The position numbers were made by a program, and so were the translations under genes. The notes under the pieces were generated by a model, which was given only the letters and a program-made list of their open reading frames with translations, made no database searches and had not been told where the DNA came from. This document shows, piece by piece, positions 23,563 through 32,972 of a stretch of 64,000 nt of DNA (positions are counted from its first letter, which is position 1; every line of letters begins with the position of its first letter). Origin of the DNA: Rebecca billardiae RCC1528 (Eukaryota; Protista; Haptophyta); assembly GCA_965240325.2 (NCBI GenBank), contig OZ251232.1, positions 248,001-312,000 of the forward strand, written 5' to 3'.

Positions 23563-24240
23563 CATCGATCATCAGCAGCAGCCTGCCAACTGCGCGATAT
23601 CATCGGCGATCGATCAAATATATCAGCACGACAAATGAGACTGATGACTGCTTAGGACTACAATAGTAAATGGCAGCTCGGCCCGTCGGAGCGCTGCCTT
23701 GATTGACGAGCTGCTGGAGCGCGATCCATCTGCGCTGCGCGGCTCGCATGGACCCGTGCTGAGCCCCAGAGCGAGGGCGAGGGTGCAGGTGAAGGTCCGG
23801 ATGTCAGACGGCCGTCTCAGCCGCTGGGCCCTGGCGGGTGAACCGGCGGTCGTGAACCGGTGATGTCAGTCGTCCCCGTGTGTCGCCCTGGGCCTGCACG
23901 GCCGCGTGCGCGCTTGCCTCTCTGCTCAGCTGGCTTGCTGGCGGCGGCTGGCGCTGCTGCGGCGTGCAGGGTACGCTTGACTGCGTCGTGACCGCGTCCG
24001 CGATTAATAAATGATATTAATAATAATCATATCATCATGAGCTTACAGCGTACGCTGTACTCATGATGACTGCTACATGATGCTGGGCCGTATATCTCAC
24101 AAGCCTGCTCACGACACGACTGCGTAGTACTAAATTGTACTTAGTGCATATATGCATTCAAGCGGAACTGCGGCTTGCGCGCATGCAGCATCATCTGACG
24201 ACGATCGCCCGGATCGGTATATATATATGTGTGTGTGTTG

Positions 24241-24341
24241 TGTTGGAGGAGTTGAAGAGCCCGAAACGACTGAGCTAAATCGGTTATTCGCGTGAACCGA
24301 TTTAGCTCAGTCGTCTTTCGGGCTCTTCAACTCCTCCAACA
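24241..24341. repeat. Near-perfect 101-bp hairpin (MITE-like or small-RNA precursor)
   Basis: The 45-bp arm 24241-24285 pairs with 24295-24341 with only a 2-nt bulge; 9-nt loop. Confidence 0.85.
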
Positions 24342-24724
24342 GTTACAACAGATGTGATTGGAGCCCCGTGCACTGGCCGCGGCTGTCGCATGACAGGTCC
24401 AGCGGCGCCCTATGCGCAAGCGAGCCAAGAGGCGCAGCGAGTCCGGTGCGGCTGCAGTACAGGCCGAGCGCGAGCGCCGAGTCGCAGCCGCGCGCGCGCC
24501 GCGCCGCTCGCGCCGGGCTCGCCCGGGGGAGAAGGCGCCGCTGCAGCGCTCCCTCTGCCGACACGGATCACGCGATCCGCCGGCAGGAAGGCCTGACTTG
24601 CGCCCAGTTTTATTGACAAAAACGATATATAAGAATCTTCAACTCCGCGCGCTCTGGGTAAACCTGACAGTTATAGTGGCTCGGCTCTTTAACATCGTCA
24701 CAACGACTGTGCGAGCTTGCGTAA

Positions 24725-26260
24725 TCAGTCGTTGACGATGCGAGTTGCGGCCGGCGCGCGGAAGATGGACGCGGCAGCCGACGCGGCGCGAGCAGGCGCC
24801 GGGCTCGGTCTCGGGGCGGCTGGCAGGCCGCCCCGGCGCCGGGCGGTTGTCGCTGTTCCGCTTGCTCCGCGGTCGCTCTGGCTCTGGGCCGCCGCCGCCT
24901 GGCTCGGGCTCCCGGCGAGCGGAGCCGAGACGGGGAGGTTCCAGCGGTGGGCGAGGCTGTTGCGCCCGCGCTCGGCGAGTCGCGCGCCGTCGCCCAGCCG
25001 GACGGGCGCGCGCTGCTGCTGCGTGCTCGACGCGACGAGCAGCGCGTTTATCGCTGAGCGCCGCACCTCGAGCGCGAGCGCGCGCCTGAAGAGCGCGTCC
25101 ACGTCCGTGCAGCGCGCGGGCGCCTCCTGCAGCGCGCGCAGCAGCTCGGTGCCCTGCAGCGCGCGCAGCGAGGCCTCGTGCTCGTGCAGGATGGCGATGC
25201 CAAGGCGGTAGAGGATCTTGACGTCCCGGTCGTAGAAGATGCAGTCGAGCGCGCGCACGCACGCCTCGAACGGCAGGCAGCCGATGAAGGCCGTCATCAG
25301 CCAGCGCGTCGCGTACGCGCTCGGCGCGACGCCATGCCTCACGAGGTGCATGTGCAGCCGCGGCAGCTGCGCCATGATGAGCCCGTCGAACGCGTCGAGC
25401 GCGGCGGTGACGCCGGGCAGCCCGTCCTCGAACATCGGGCGCATGCCGCACGTTGACGTGAGCGCGACGAGCAGCGAGAACGCGCGCGCCTCGGGCGCGT
25501 ACATGAGGAGGACGCCGCACAGCAGGTTGAGGCCCTGGCAGTAGCGAACGCTCGGCTCGGCGGCCGCGTACGCGGCGAGGACGCGGCCGAGCAGCCGCAC
25601 GCCGTCGGGCGTGCCCGACGCGGCGAGCGGCGCGCGCCGCTCGTCGTGCACGAAGATCTCGTGGTCCGGGAACGTGCGGCGCACGTCGCGCTCGATCTCA
25701 TCGACGACGGACGGTGCGCACTTGTCGACGAGCGTCTCGTATGGCGGCAGGCTGCGCGTCGCGGCGGACGAGCCCGCGCAGAGCGACCAGACGTGCGCGC
25801 GGAGCGCGTCGGGAATGCCCCGCCGCACCCGCCGCTTGAGCAGCACGCGGTGCGGGAGGCGGTTCCACTGCGGCCACGCGGCGAGCATCTGCAGCCACAG
25901 CTCGTGATCGCGGTTCGCTCGGCCCGAGCTCGCGCGCTCGCGCGGCGAGAGCGCGGAGAGGAGGCCCGTGCGGCCAGCAGACGCGGAGTTGGGCGGTGGG
26001 CCGTCGTCACGAATCACAAAGCCGTACGCGTCGAGCGCCGGGCGCACGCTGTACGTCCGGGGTGCCGCGGCGGCCGCCGCGGGCGAGGCGGCAATACGGC
26101 CACGCTCGGCGCTGAGCGCCAGGCTCTCCGAGTCGGTGGAGTGGGTGTCCGAGTCCAGGCCATCCGTGCTGACGTCAGACGCGGTAGCCCACTTCTTGCT
26201 GCCCGGCGACAGTGGCGGTGGTGTCGGCCCGCGCACGTCGTGCGCTGCGCGCGTCACCAT
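24725..26260 (-). CDS. TBC-domain Rab GTPase-activating protein
   Basis: LDAYGF, KRRVRRGIPDALRAHVW, EIERDVRRTFP (arginine finger), YCQGLN (glutamine finger), YATRWLMTAF. Likely start is the ATG at 26260; the ORF is open to 26473. Confidence 0.92.
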   Translation of the reverse strand: MVTRAAHDVRGPTPPPLSPGSKKWATASDVSTDGLDSDTHSTDSESLALSAERGRIAASPAAAAAAPRTYSVRPALDAYGFVIRDDGPPPNSASAGRTGLLSALSPRERASSGRANRDHELWLQMLAAWPQWNRLPHRVLLKRRVRRGIPDALRAHVWSLCAGSSAATRSLPPYETLVDKCAPSVVDEIERDVRRTFPDHEIFVHDERRAPLAASGTPDGVRLLGRVLAAYAAAEPSVRYCQGLNLLCGVLLMYAPEARAFSLLVALTSTCGMRPMFEDGLPGVTAALDAFDGLIMAQLPRLHMHLVRHGVAPSAYATRWLMTAFIGCLPFEACVRALDCIFYDRDVKILYRLGIAILHEHEASLRALQGTELLRALQEAPARCTDVDALFRRALALEVRRSAINALLVASSTQQQRAPVRLGDGARLAERGRNSLAHRWNLPVSAPLAGSPSQAAAAQSQSDRGASGTATTARRRGGLPAAPRPSPAPARAASAAASIFRAPAATRIVND

Positions 26261-26831
26261 GGCGAGGCGGAGGGTCTGAAAGCAGGCGCTCCGGTGCGGC
26301 CGCCGCCGCCACCGTTTTCTCGCGCGCGGCCGACGACGTTGCGAGCGGCAGTTGGCCACGGTTTGCCAAGGATTCAACGTCACACAACCTGGTTCGAGTC
26401 TGAAATCTGAATCGGGGCGGAAAAAGACGCGCATCAACCGGACTGTCCACGCGACCGACCCATCCCGGGGCATTCAGGCGGGCGACAAGCCCACAAGTGA
26501 CAAGATGAACGGGCCGCGCCCGGCAAACGGCGGCGGCGCCCTCTCGCCGACGGGCACGGCCAAGGGGAGTCCCCTTGGCGGCGCGGCCTCCCAGTCCGGA
26601 CCGATACGACCGGTGCTTCTGTATCCATCCGATCGACTTGTACCGTCGTGCGGTACGGTGAGTGTCAGAGTGAGTCGGTACTGCGCGGAGGCGATGGCGT
26701 TGCGGGCCGCCGCCTTATGGCGGCCGCGGGGCCGGCCCTGACGCGGACCACTGCCCGAAGCCGCAAGGGTCCTCTTCGACTCGGCTGGCCGGCAAACGGA
26801 CTGACGACCGCACGCGGTTGACGTGCTCTCC

Positions 26832-28526
26832 TTAAGGTCGGAACGACGGCCCATCGTGGGCGCGCTTTTCCTTCCTGCGTGCCGACCGAGCCCAAGCTCG
26901 GCGAGCCGCATCCTCATGTTGCTGAGCTGCACTGCTGGGCGGCGGATACGGGACGAGCAAAGGTGATGCGGGCGCGGCGCGGGCTCGCGGAAGCCGCGCT
27001 GCCGTGCACGCCTCTGGCAGCGCGTAGTCCTGGCACACAAAGTCCTGGTAGAGCAGATAGCACAGCCGGACCAGGAGCGCCTCGGCCTCGTGCGCGGCCG
27101 TGGCCGCGCCAGACCCTCCTCCGAGCCCGAGCGCCGCGCGCAGTGCGCCCGTCGACAGCCATGGCGGCAGCCGCTTCTCAGACGCGAGGCGAAGCCCGCT
27201 TTCGAGCATGGCGTCGCACCCTGACCCGGCCGCGCTCTCGCCAGCGGTGTCTCCGCGCGCATCGGTGGGCAGCGCGTACCGTCTCCGCAGCGCGCGCAGA
27301 TCGCCGTGCAACAGCTCCGTGCGCAGCAGCCCAACGCGCTCGTAGCGCGCGCCGTGCGCAGCCGGCGCCGAGGGCGCAGGGTGCGCTGCCGCCGCCTTGG
27401 CTGGAGGTCGGCCTCCTGTCGCGCCGCGTGCCACGTGCTCCGCCAGCTCGCGCCGGTACACGTGCGACGCGCTGAACGCGGCCGCGCTCGTCAGGTGGAA
27501 CTCGATGGCGAGAGCGCGCTCCTGCGGCCACGCGGCGTTGCGGAACTTGCGGGTGACGGTGTGCGCGCACTCGGCATCGGCGATAAAGCCTGCCAGCAGC
27601 CACTGCGCACGGCGCACCGTGGCGGGCGCGGCCGGCACGTCGGGCGCGCTCGATCGGTTCGAGTTGGACGGCGTGCCGCCACCGCCGGCCGGCACGCCGG
27701 GCGATTTCGCGTTGAGCCACAGCGCGCGGCTGAACCAAGACGTGTGCCGCAGCAGCTGCACGTGCTTCGCCTTGAGGCTTTTCCTGCGCACCTTCCAGTC
27801 GGGCGGGACGGGCAGGGCTTGCCGGTGCACCGCCTCCTGCACCCCGGAGAGGAAGCGCGAGATCGGCTCGCGCGAGCCGAGCCACAGCACGCGTGGTGCC
27901 GCCGACGTCCCCGCCACTTCCGCCGGCGCGCGCGGCAGTGCTGCCGCCGCGGCCCCTCGCGGCACAAAGCGCAGATCAGGCAGCGCGCACCGCAGGTGGT
28001 GCTCGATGGTGGTGGTGGCCGCCTTGAAGACGGGGGCGAGGTGCAGGCCGCGCGCGGCGCTCGACAGCGTGTTGTCGCAGTGCGCCCACCACGTCAGCGT
28101 CGGTGGCAGGGCCGAGCTCTCGGCTAGGTGCGGCTTGAGCAGGTGCTTGTTCGCGTGTCCGAGCGTCTCGTTGCAGAAGCCCGGCGCGATGAGCGTGAGT
28201 CCGGTGCGCAGCTGATCAGCGTATTGCCGGTACTGCGAGAGGGCGCATTGCGCGGGCTTTGGCCAAGCCGCAGATTCGTACACGAGCGGCACGCCCGCGC
28301 GCGTCGCGTCTTCCCATCCGATGCCTCGCGCAAAGCCCTGGCGCTCCAAGCTGGCCGCATGCATCTCGAGAGCGTGCGCCTTTGACTCGTGCGCGGCGGA
28401 GCTGTCGGTCTCGAGACGCGCCGGACATACGAAACCTGCATGTCCCCGTTCAGCGCCGCGCACGAGCTGCGGCACGTGCGCCGCGCCAATCAGTACGGCG
28501 AGGGCCGCTCGCGTCAGCGACGACAT
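26832..28526 (-). CDS. Secretory-pathway sulfotransferase-like protein (Sulfotransfer_2-type)
   Basis: N-terminal signal peptide; 5'-PSB-like VFKAATTTI; 3'-PB-like REPISRFLSG; C-terminal LCYLLYQDF..DY, as in Golgi carbohydrate sulfotransferases. Confidence 0.65.
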   Translation of the reverse strand: MSSLTRAALAVLIGAAHVPQLVRGAERGHAGFVCPARLETDSSAAHESKAHALEMHAASLERQGFARGIGWEDATRAGVPLVYESAAWPKPAQCALSQYRQYADQLRTGLTLIAPGFCNETLGHANKHLLKPHLAESSALPPTLTWWAHCDNTLSSAARGLHLAPVFKAATTTIEHHLRCALPDLRFVPRGAAAAALPRAPAEVAGTSAAPRVLWLGSREPISRFLSGVQEAVHRQALPVPPDWKVRRKSLKAKHVQLLRHTSWFSRALWLNAKSPGVPAGGGGTPSNSNRSSAPDVPAAPATVRRAQWLLAGFIADAECAHTVTRKFRNAAWPQERALAIEFHLTSAAAFSASHVYRRELAEHVARGATGGRPPAKAAAAHPAPSAPAAHGARYERVGLLRTELLHGDLRALRRRYALPTDARGDTAGESAAGSGCDAMLESGLRLASEKRLPPWLSTGALRAALGLGGGSGAATAAHEAEALLVRLCYLLYQDFVCQDYALPEACTAARLPRARAAPASPLLVPYPPPSSAAQQHEDAARRAWARSARRKEKRAHDGPSFRP

Positions 28527-28754
28527 GCGTCTTAGACATGCTGCTGAGCGGCTTGACGATGCGGCGCGGGCGAAAGCCAGCGCTGCTAAAGTATAATCAT
28601 CATCTATCTACAATACTGTAGCTAGCAATTAGCACACTGTACCGTGTACGAAATAAGTCGTCAAGACAGACGCCCGATCGAGAGGCGGCCCACCGGGGGC
28701 TTCGTCGCGCGTGCCGCCTTCACTGCGGTTCTGACAGCTGCATGCCCCGCCACG

Positions 28755-30173
28755 CTACTCCCTCGCGCCCTCCGCGTCGCGCAGCCGGCCGTGCGCGTCG
28801 AGCTCGGCATCTGCGGCTGCCGCGTCCTTCCCGACCTTCTCGCCGCGCGCCACTTTCTCCGGCACGGTGTCCCAGTAGCGGACGACGGTCTCGTTGATGT
28901 GCTGCAGGAGCCAGGCGCGCCACTTGGGCAGGTCCCACTCGCGGCACACGCGCCGCTCGCCTAGCTGCTCGCCCGGCCCGGCCGGCTCGAGCACGCACCT
29001 GTCCGGCGTGAGGAAGTCGCGCTCCTCGATGCTCAGGCTGCGGAGCGCGCGCCGCACAAAGCGCGACGCGTTGACCGCCGGGTACGGCAGCGCGCCCGAG
29101 GCGTCGGGGCGCATCGCGGCGTGCAGCGCGTCGAGCACGACGTTGCACACGATCGCGTGCGACGGGAACGTCACCTCGTTCACCATCAGCCCGCGCAGCG
29201 GGTCGCCGACGAAGACGTCCAGCCGGAACCACGGCATGCCAAACAGCCGCGCGACGCGGCGCGCGAGCGCGGCGATCGGCTCCCAGTGCGAGTCGAAGAG
29301 GGCGCGCTTGTACATCTCGCAGTTGGGCTCGTCCTTGGGGTGGCACCCCGTCCGCCCGTCGTTGCGCGCCTTCTCGTTCACCAGCTCGACCATCTTGTAC
29401 TGGTTCACCTGCGCCCACGCCTCCGCCTTGTGCGGCTCGCCGAGGATGACGTGCACCTTGTACTCGGAGCCCTGCACCAGGTCGTACCGCCCCTGCACGA
29501 GCACGCCGCGGTGCTCGTAGCGCTTGATCGAGGGGAAGGTGAAGAAGCCGTGCGCGAAGTCGGCCACGCGCTCCGGCGTCCACCGCCCGCGGTGCCACTT
29601 GAGCCGGTTCATCGTGAGCACGCCCTGGCCGAGCGCGCCGGTCGCTGGCTTGAGCACCCAGTCGTAGTGGCCGTGCTCGACGAGCTTGTGGATGCGCGCG
29701 CGCAGCATCTTGCGCGAGTACTGCGGGAACGGGCCGAGCGAGCGCTCGAAGAAGGAGCCGTGCAAAATCGGCGGCGTGGGGATCTGCGCGCGCTGCAGGA
29801 TCCCCGCGAGCAGCAGCTTGTTCTCGACGAGCTGCGGCGACACGCGCTCAAAGAGGATGTGCAGCATCGTGTCGAGGCGCAGGCCGTTACCCAGCCGCGG
29901 GACCGCGCTGAAGGCACGCGACATGTCGAAGTCCCTGTTCAGCACGAACGGCGCCTCCCTCGCGCCGCCGCTCGAGCTCGCCGCTGCGAGCTCGGCCAGC
30001 CGCCGGCCGATCGCGCGAGAGAAGAAGCGTGCGAGCGCCGCCTCGTTGCGCGCCGCGGACGCTGACGCACCGGTCGCGTTCCATCGCACGTCGGGCGGCC
30101 AGGCACGCGTAAGCGTTGATAGCGCGAGCGCCCGAGTGGCGAGCGCGAGCGCCAGCCACACGCGCGCATGCAT
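28755..30173 (-). CDS. TupA-like ATP-grasp protein with signal peptide
   Basis: ENKLL, DWVLKPATG..G, VLVQ, EYKVHVILG, FRLDVF and VNEVTF.P match the ATP-grasp/TupA pattern. Likely start MHARVWLALALA at 30173. Confidence 0.7.
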   Translation of the reverse strand: MHARVWLALALATRALALSTLTRAWPPDVRWNATGASASAARNEAALARFFSRAIGRRLAELAAASSSGGAREAPFVLNRDFDMSRAFSAVPRLGNGLRLDTMLHILFERVSPQLVENKLLLAGILQRAQIPTPPILHGSFFERSLGPFPQYSRKMLRARIHKLVEHGHYDWVLKPATGALGQGVLTMNRLKWHRGRWTPERVADFAHGFFTFPSIKRYEHRGVLVQGRYDLVQGSEYKVHVILGEPHKAEAWAQVNQYKMVELVNEKARNDGRTGCHPKDEPNCEMYKRALFDSHWEPIAALARRVARLFGMPWFRLDVFVGDPLRGLMVNEVTFPSHAIVCNVVLDALHAAMRPDASGALPYPAVNASRFVRRALRSLSIEERDFLTPDRCVLEPAGPGEQLGERRVCREWDLPKWRAWLLQHINETVVRYWDTVPEKVARGEKVGKDAAAADAELDAHGRLRDAEGARE

Positions 30174-30337
30174 CGCGCTCGCGGCTCGGAGGCGACAACA
30201 GCTCGAGGCCCGCACTGCTGCTCGACTCGCGTGGCGGATGCGCAAGCAACCCCAGCGCTTTTCGGAGTGCATGAATCATGATGCAAGGCTTCTGCTCACG
30301 ATGGCTGCGCGAAGAACGCCGCACGCCTGGCATTGTC

Positions 30338-31507
30338 ATGCCGGCAGAGCTCCCAAGCCGTGCTGCCGAGGCGCTCGTGGCACACCTCGCTGACCGTGAC
30401 TTCGGGGCGATGCTTGCCCTCTGCGCGACGTGCCGCAGCCTGCGCGCGCTCCAGTGGCCGTTGCGCACGCTCGTCGTCTTCGGCCCCGCCGTCTTCAGCA
30501 GGAATGAAGCGGACTGCGCGCTGCCGGGCGCGGACGCGCGCTCGTCCCGGACCGGGGCGGAGGAGCTCGGCTCGTTCGTGCACGCGTGCGATGGTGGCTT
30601 TGACGAGCTGTACCGCGCGCGCGACGAGACAGGCGGCGTGTACGCGACCATGTCAGCGCTGGACGACGTGCTGCGGCGCATTCCGTGCGGCGTGCAGCGC
30701 GGTGTCACGACGCTGATGCTCCCGCGGCTGCGGCTGCGGGGCGATTGCGATCCGTGCCCGCCCGGTCTCGGCTACGCGCAGCATCTCTCGGGCCTGCGCC
30801 AGCTTCATGCTGCCGTGCGCGTCGCCGTGCCCGCCGTGGCGTCGGACGGCTCGGAGTGCATCCGGCAGCCGCGCAACACTCGGCTCGCCGACTGCGTGCT
30901 ACGCATCGCGCTCGCGTCGTACGCGTCGCTGCGCGCGCTGAGCGTCACCGCGCCCATCTGCGTGCACGGGCCCGACGTTGTGGCGCTCGCCCGGCTGCTG
31001 GGTGGCACCCTCGACACGTGCATCATCGACCTCACGCCATACGTCCCGCACCGCGCGCAGTGCAGCACGGTGGACGAGGGCGCGGCGCTGCAGGCGCAAG
31101 TGCGCGAGGCGTGCGCCAACCCTGCCGCGCGCATCGTGTGCCGCATGGACGCCCGACAGCCTCCCCCGTGGCCACGAGGCGCGGACGCCATGATTGGCCG
31201 GACTGACCTGCCCCTCCACTCCAAGATGGATGCGCAGCGCCTGCTCCACAGCACGGAGGTCCGTGCCATGGTTGCCCGCACTGTGTACACTGAGCCCAGT
31301 GACGTCCGCTTGCGCCTGCGCGTGTACGCCGCACGGCGGCACGCGTGGATCGTGAGGGCGCTGCGCCAAGGCCCCGACCGCGATTATCCCCGCCGCGAGG
31401 CTGGCCACTACACTGCGGTCCACGCGGCGCGATGGATCGACTGGCGATTCCAGGCCCTGCTGGCAACTCAGTCCATCAGCGAGCAGTGGGCCCGAAGGAC
31501 GTGGTGA
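30338..31507 (+). CDS. Hypothetical protein (~390 aa), possibly with a degenerate F-box-like N-terminus
   Basis: Long ORF with protein-like composition. LPSRAAEALVAHL..RD..A..ATCRSLR loosely resembles an F-box. Confidence 0.55.
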   Translation: MPAELPSRAAEALVAHLADRDFGAMLALCATCRSLRALQWPLRTLVVFGPAVFSRNEADCALPGADARSSRTGAEELGSFVHACDGGFDELYRARDETGGVYATMSALDDVLRRIPCGVQRGVTTLMLPRLRLRGDCDPCPPGLGYAQHLSGLRQLHAAVRVAVPAVASDGSECIRQPRNTRLADCVLRIALASYASLRALSVTAPICVHGPDVVALARLLGGTLDTCIIDLTPYVPHRAQCSTVDEGAALQAQVREACANPAARIVCRMDARQPPPWPRGADAMIGRTDLPLHSKMDAQRLLHSTEVRAMVARTVYTEPSDVRLRLRVYAARRHAWIVRALRQGPDRDYPRREAGHYTAVHAARWIDWRFQALLATQSISEQWARRTW

Positions 31508-32084
31508 TGTGATGATCATCTGCTGACGATGCGCGCTGTTGAGCCTGAGCGTTGGCCCGTGCACCCGGTTCGAAAGCGAGCAGCTGGAACTCGAAATGTG
31601 ATGCGGAAATGGGCGGGCTCAGACGCATTCTGCTGCCGCCTTTGACTCATTGAGTCAATCATTCTGCGCGCGGTGGTCTAGTCGTATCATATATAGTAGA
31701 TATCGGCGTGACGAGTCACTGATGCGGGAGTTATACTGCCTGTGCGCACGCGCTCCGACAGTGTCATACTCATAATGACTCACTCACTGACGTTGACAGT
31801 CTCATAATAATTAATAGTCATATATAATAAATTCATCAGCGAATGACCGCGCGACATCTCGGCGGGCAGAGGGATCGGCATGCCCGGACCGGGACGGTGC
31901 CCACAACGAGCCCGGGCGCCACGGAACTAGTCGTCTACTCCCAAGCCGCGCGCACCTGGCAGTGGCTGGAAGGAAGTGGCTGGCAAGCAAGTTGGCCAAC
32001 CGAACTCCGAAGGCAACCTCCGGGTTGCGCGCAACGGGCGGCGCAACCGAGGTTCGGATGCTTGGATGTATGGTGTCATCATCA

Positions 32085-32609
32085 TCAACCTTCGACGAAG
32101 AAGAGGGCGGCGCCATTCAGGCAATACCGAGGGCGCCGCCCATTCTTCGTGCGCAGGTCGGTCGCGGGTGGATCATCGTCCTTCTCTGCCATGGGGCCAT
32201 CGGGGAAGACGTGCCCAAGATGGCCGCCACAAGCAGCACAGTGGCACTCTGTGCGGCCATCCCACTCCTGCTTGTACTCGACCGCGCCATCCTTTGCCGT
32301 CCTCCAAAAGCTCGGCCATCCGGTACCTGAGTTGAACTTGGCCGATGCGTCAAATACCGTGGCACCACATCCGGCGCACGCGTATGCGCCTGGACGCTTT
32401 TCGCCGTTCAGGGGGCTCGTGTACGCAGGCTCTGTAAGGCCGAGCCGCAGCACTGCGAGCCGTAAGGGGTTCCGCGTGCCTTGAGGTGCGTCGCCAGCAG
32501 GTGCCTCCATGCGTACAGTTACGCCCACACGCGACGTCGGCCGGAGCCGTACGTGGGGTGGAGCGGCTGAGGTAGCAGCGAGAAGGACGAGACACGCCGC
32601 CGACGGCAT
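32085..32609 (-). CDS. msrB: Peptide methionine-R-sulfoxide reductase MsrB with N-terminal targeting peptide
   Basis: TEPAY, GAYACAGCG, KFNSGTGWPSF, RTECHCAACGGHLGHVFPDGP, RYCLN (Cys form). Confidence 0.95.
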   Translation of the reverse strand: MPSAACLVLLAATSAAPPHVRLRPTSRVGVTVRMEAPAGDAPQGTRNPLRLAVLRLGLTEPAYTSPLNGEKRPGAYACAGCGATVFDASAKFNSGTGWPSFWRTAKDGAVEYKQEWDGRTECHCAACGGHLGHVFPDGPMAEKDDDPPATDLRTKNGRRPRYCLNGAALFFVEG

Positions 32610-32972
32610 CGTCGTGCGCTTGCGGCGCCTTGCGCCGTTGATTTCGCACAGATGTACAGGCAGATCTACCAGACACCGTCACGACTGGGTCAGAATCATC
32701 GGCGAATCGCTGATACACTTATAGTGTCCGATGATCACGTCGTCACCTGCCGCTATGACTGACGGCACGACGACGGGCTGATCATTGGGCTGATGATGCC
32801 TGACGATGATGTTGCGTCCCGCGATCTGAATCGTCAGATTAGTACATCACGGCGGAGACTAGACTAAGTCGTAGCGAGTAGTGCTGCTGTATCGATGCTG
32901 CTGGCTCAAGTTATTGATCTGAGCCACCGGCGCATGCAGTCGTGGCATCACTCGGCGTCACGGCTTCAGAGT

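Noticed and set aside
26350-26410. GGTTCGA T-loop-like words (also ~31567) as tRNA genes
   Set aside because: No cloverleaf or acceptor stem could be built.
32085-32609. Selenoprotein MsrB, or Sec read-through at TGA stops (49740, 56874)
   Set aside because: The MsrB catalytic residue is Cys (RYCLN); the downstream sequences are not protein-like and no SECIS was recognised.
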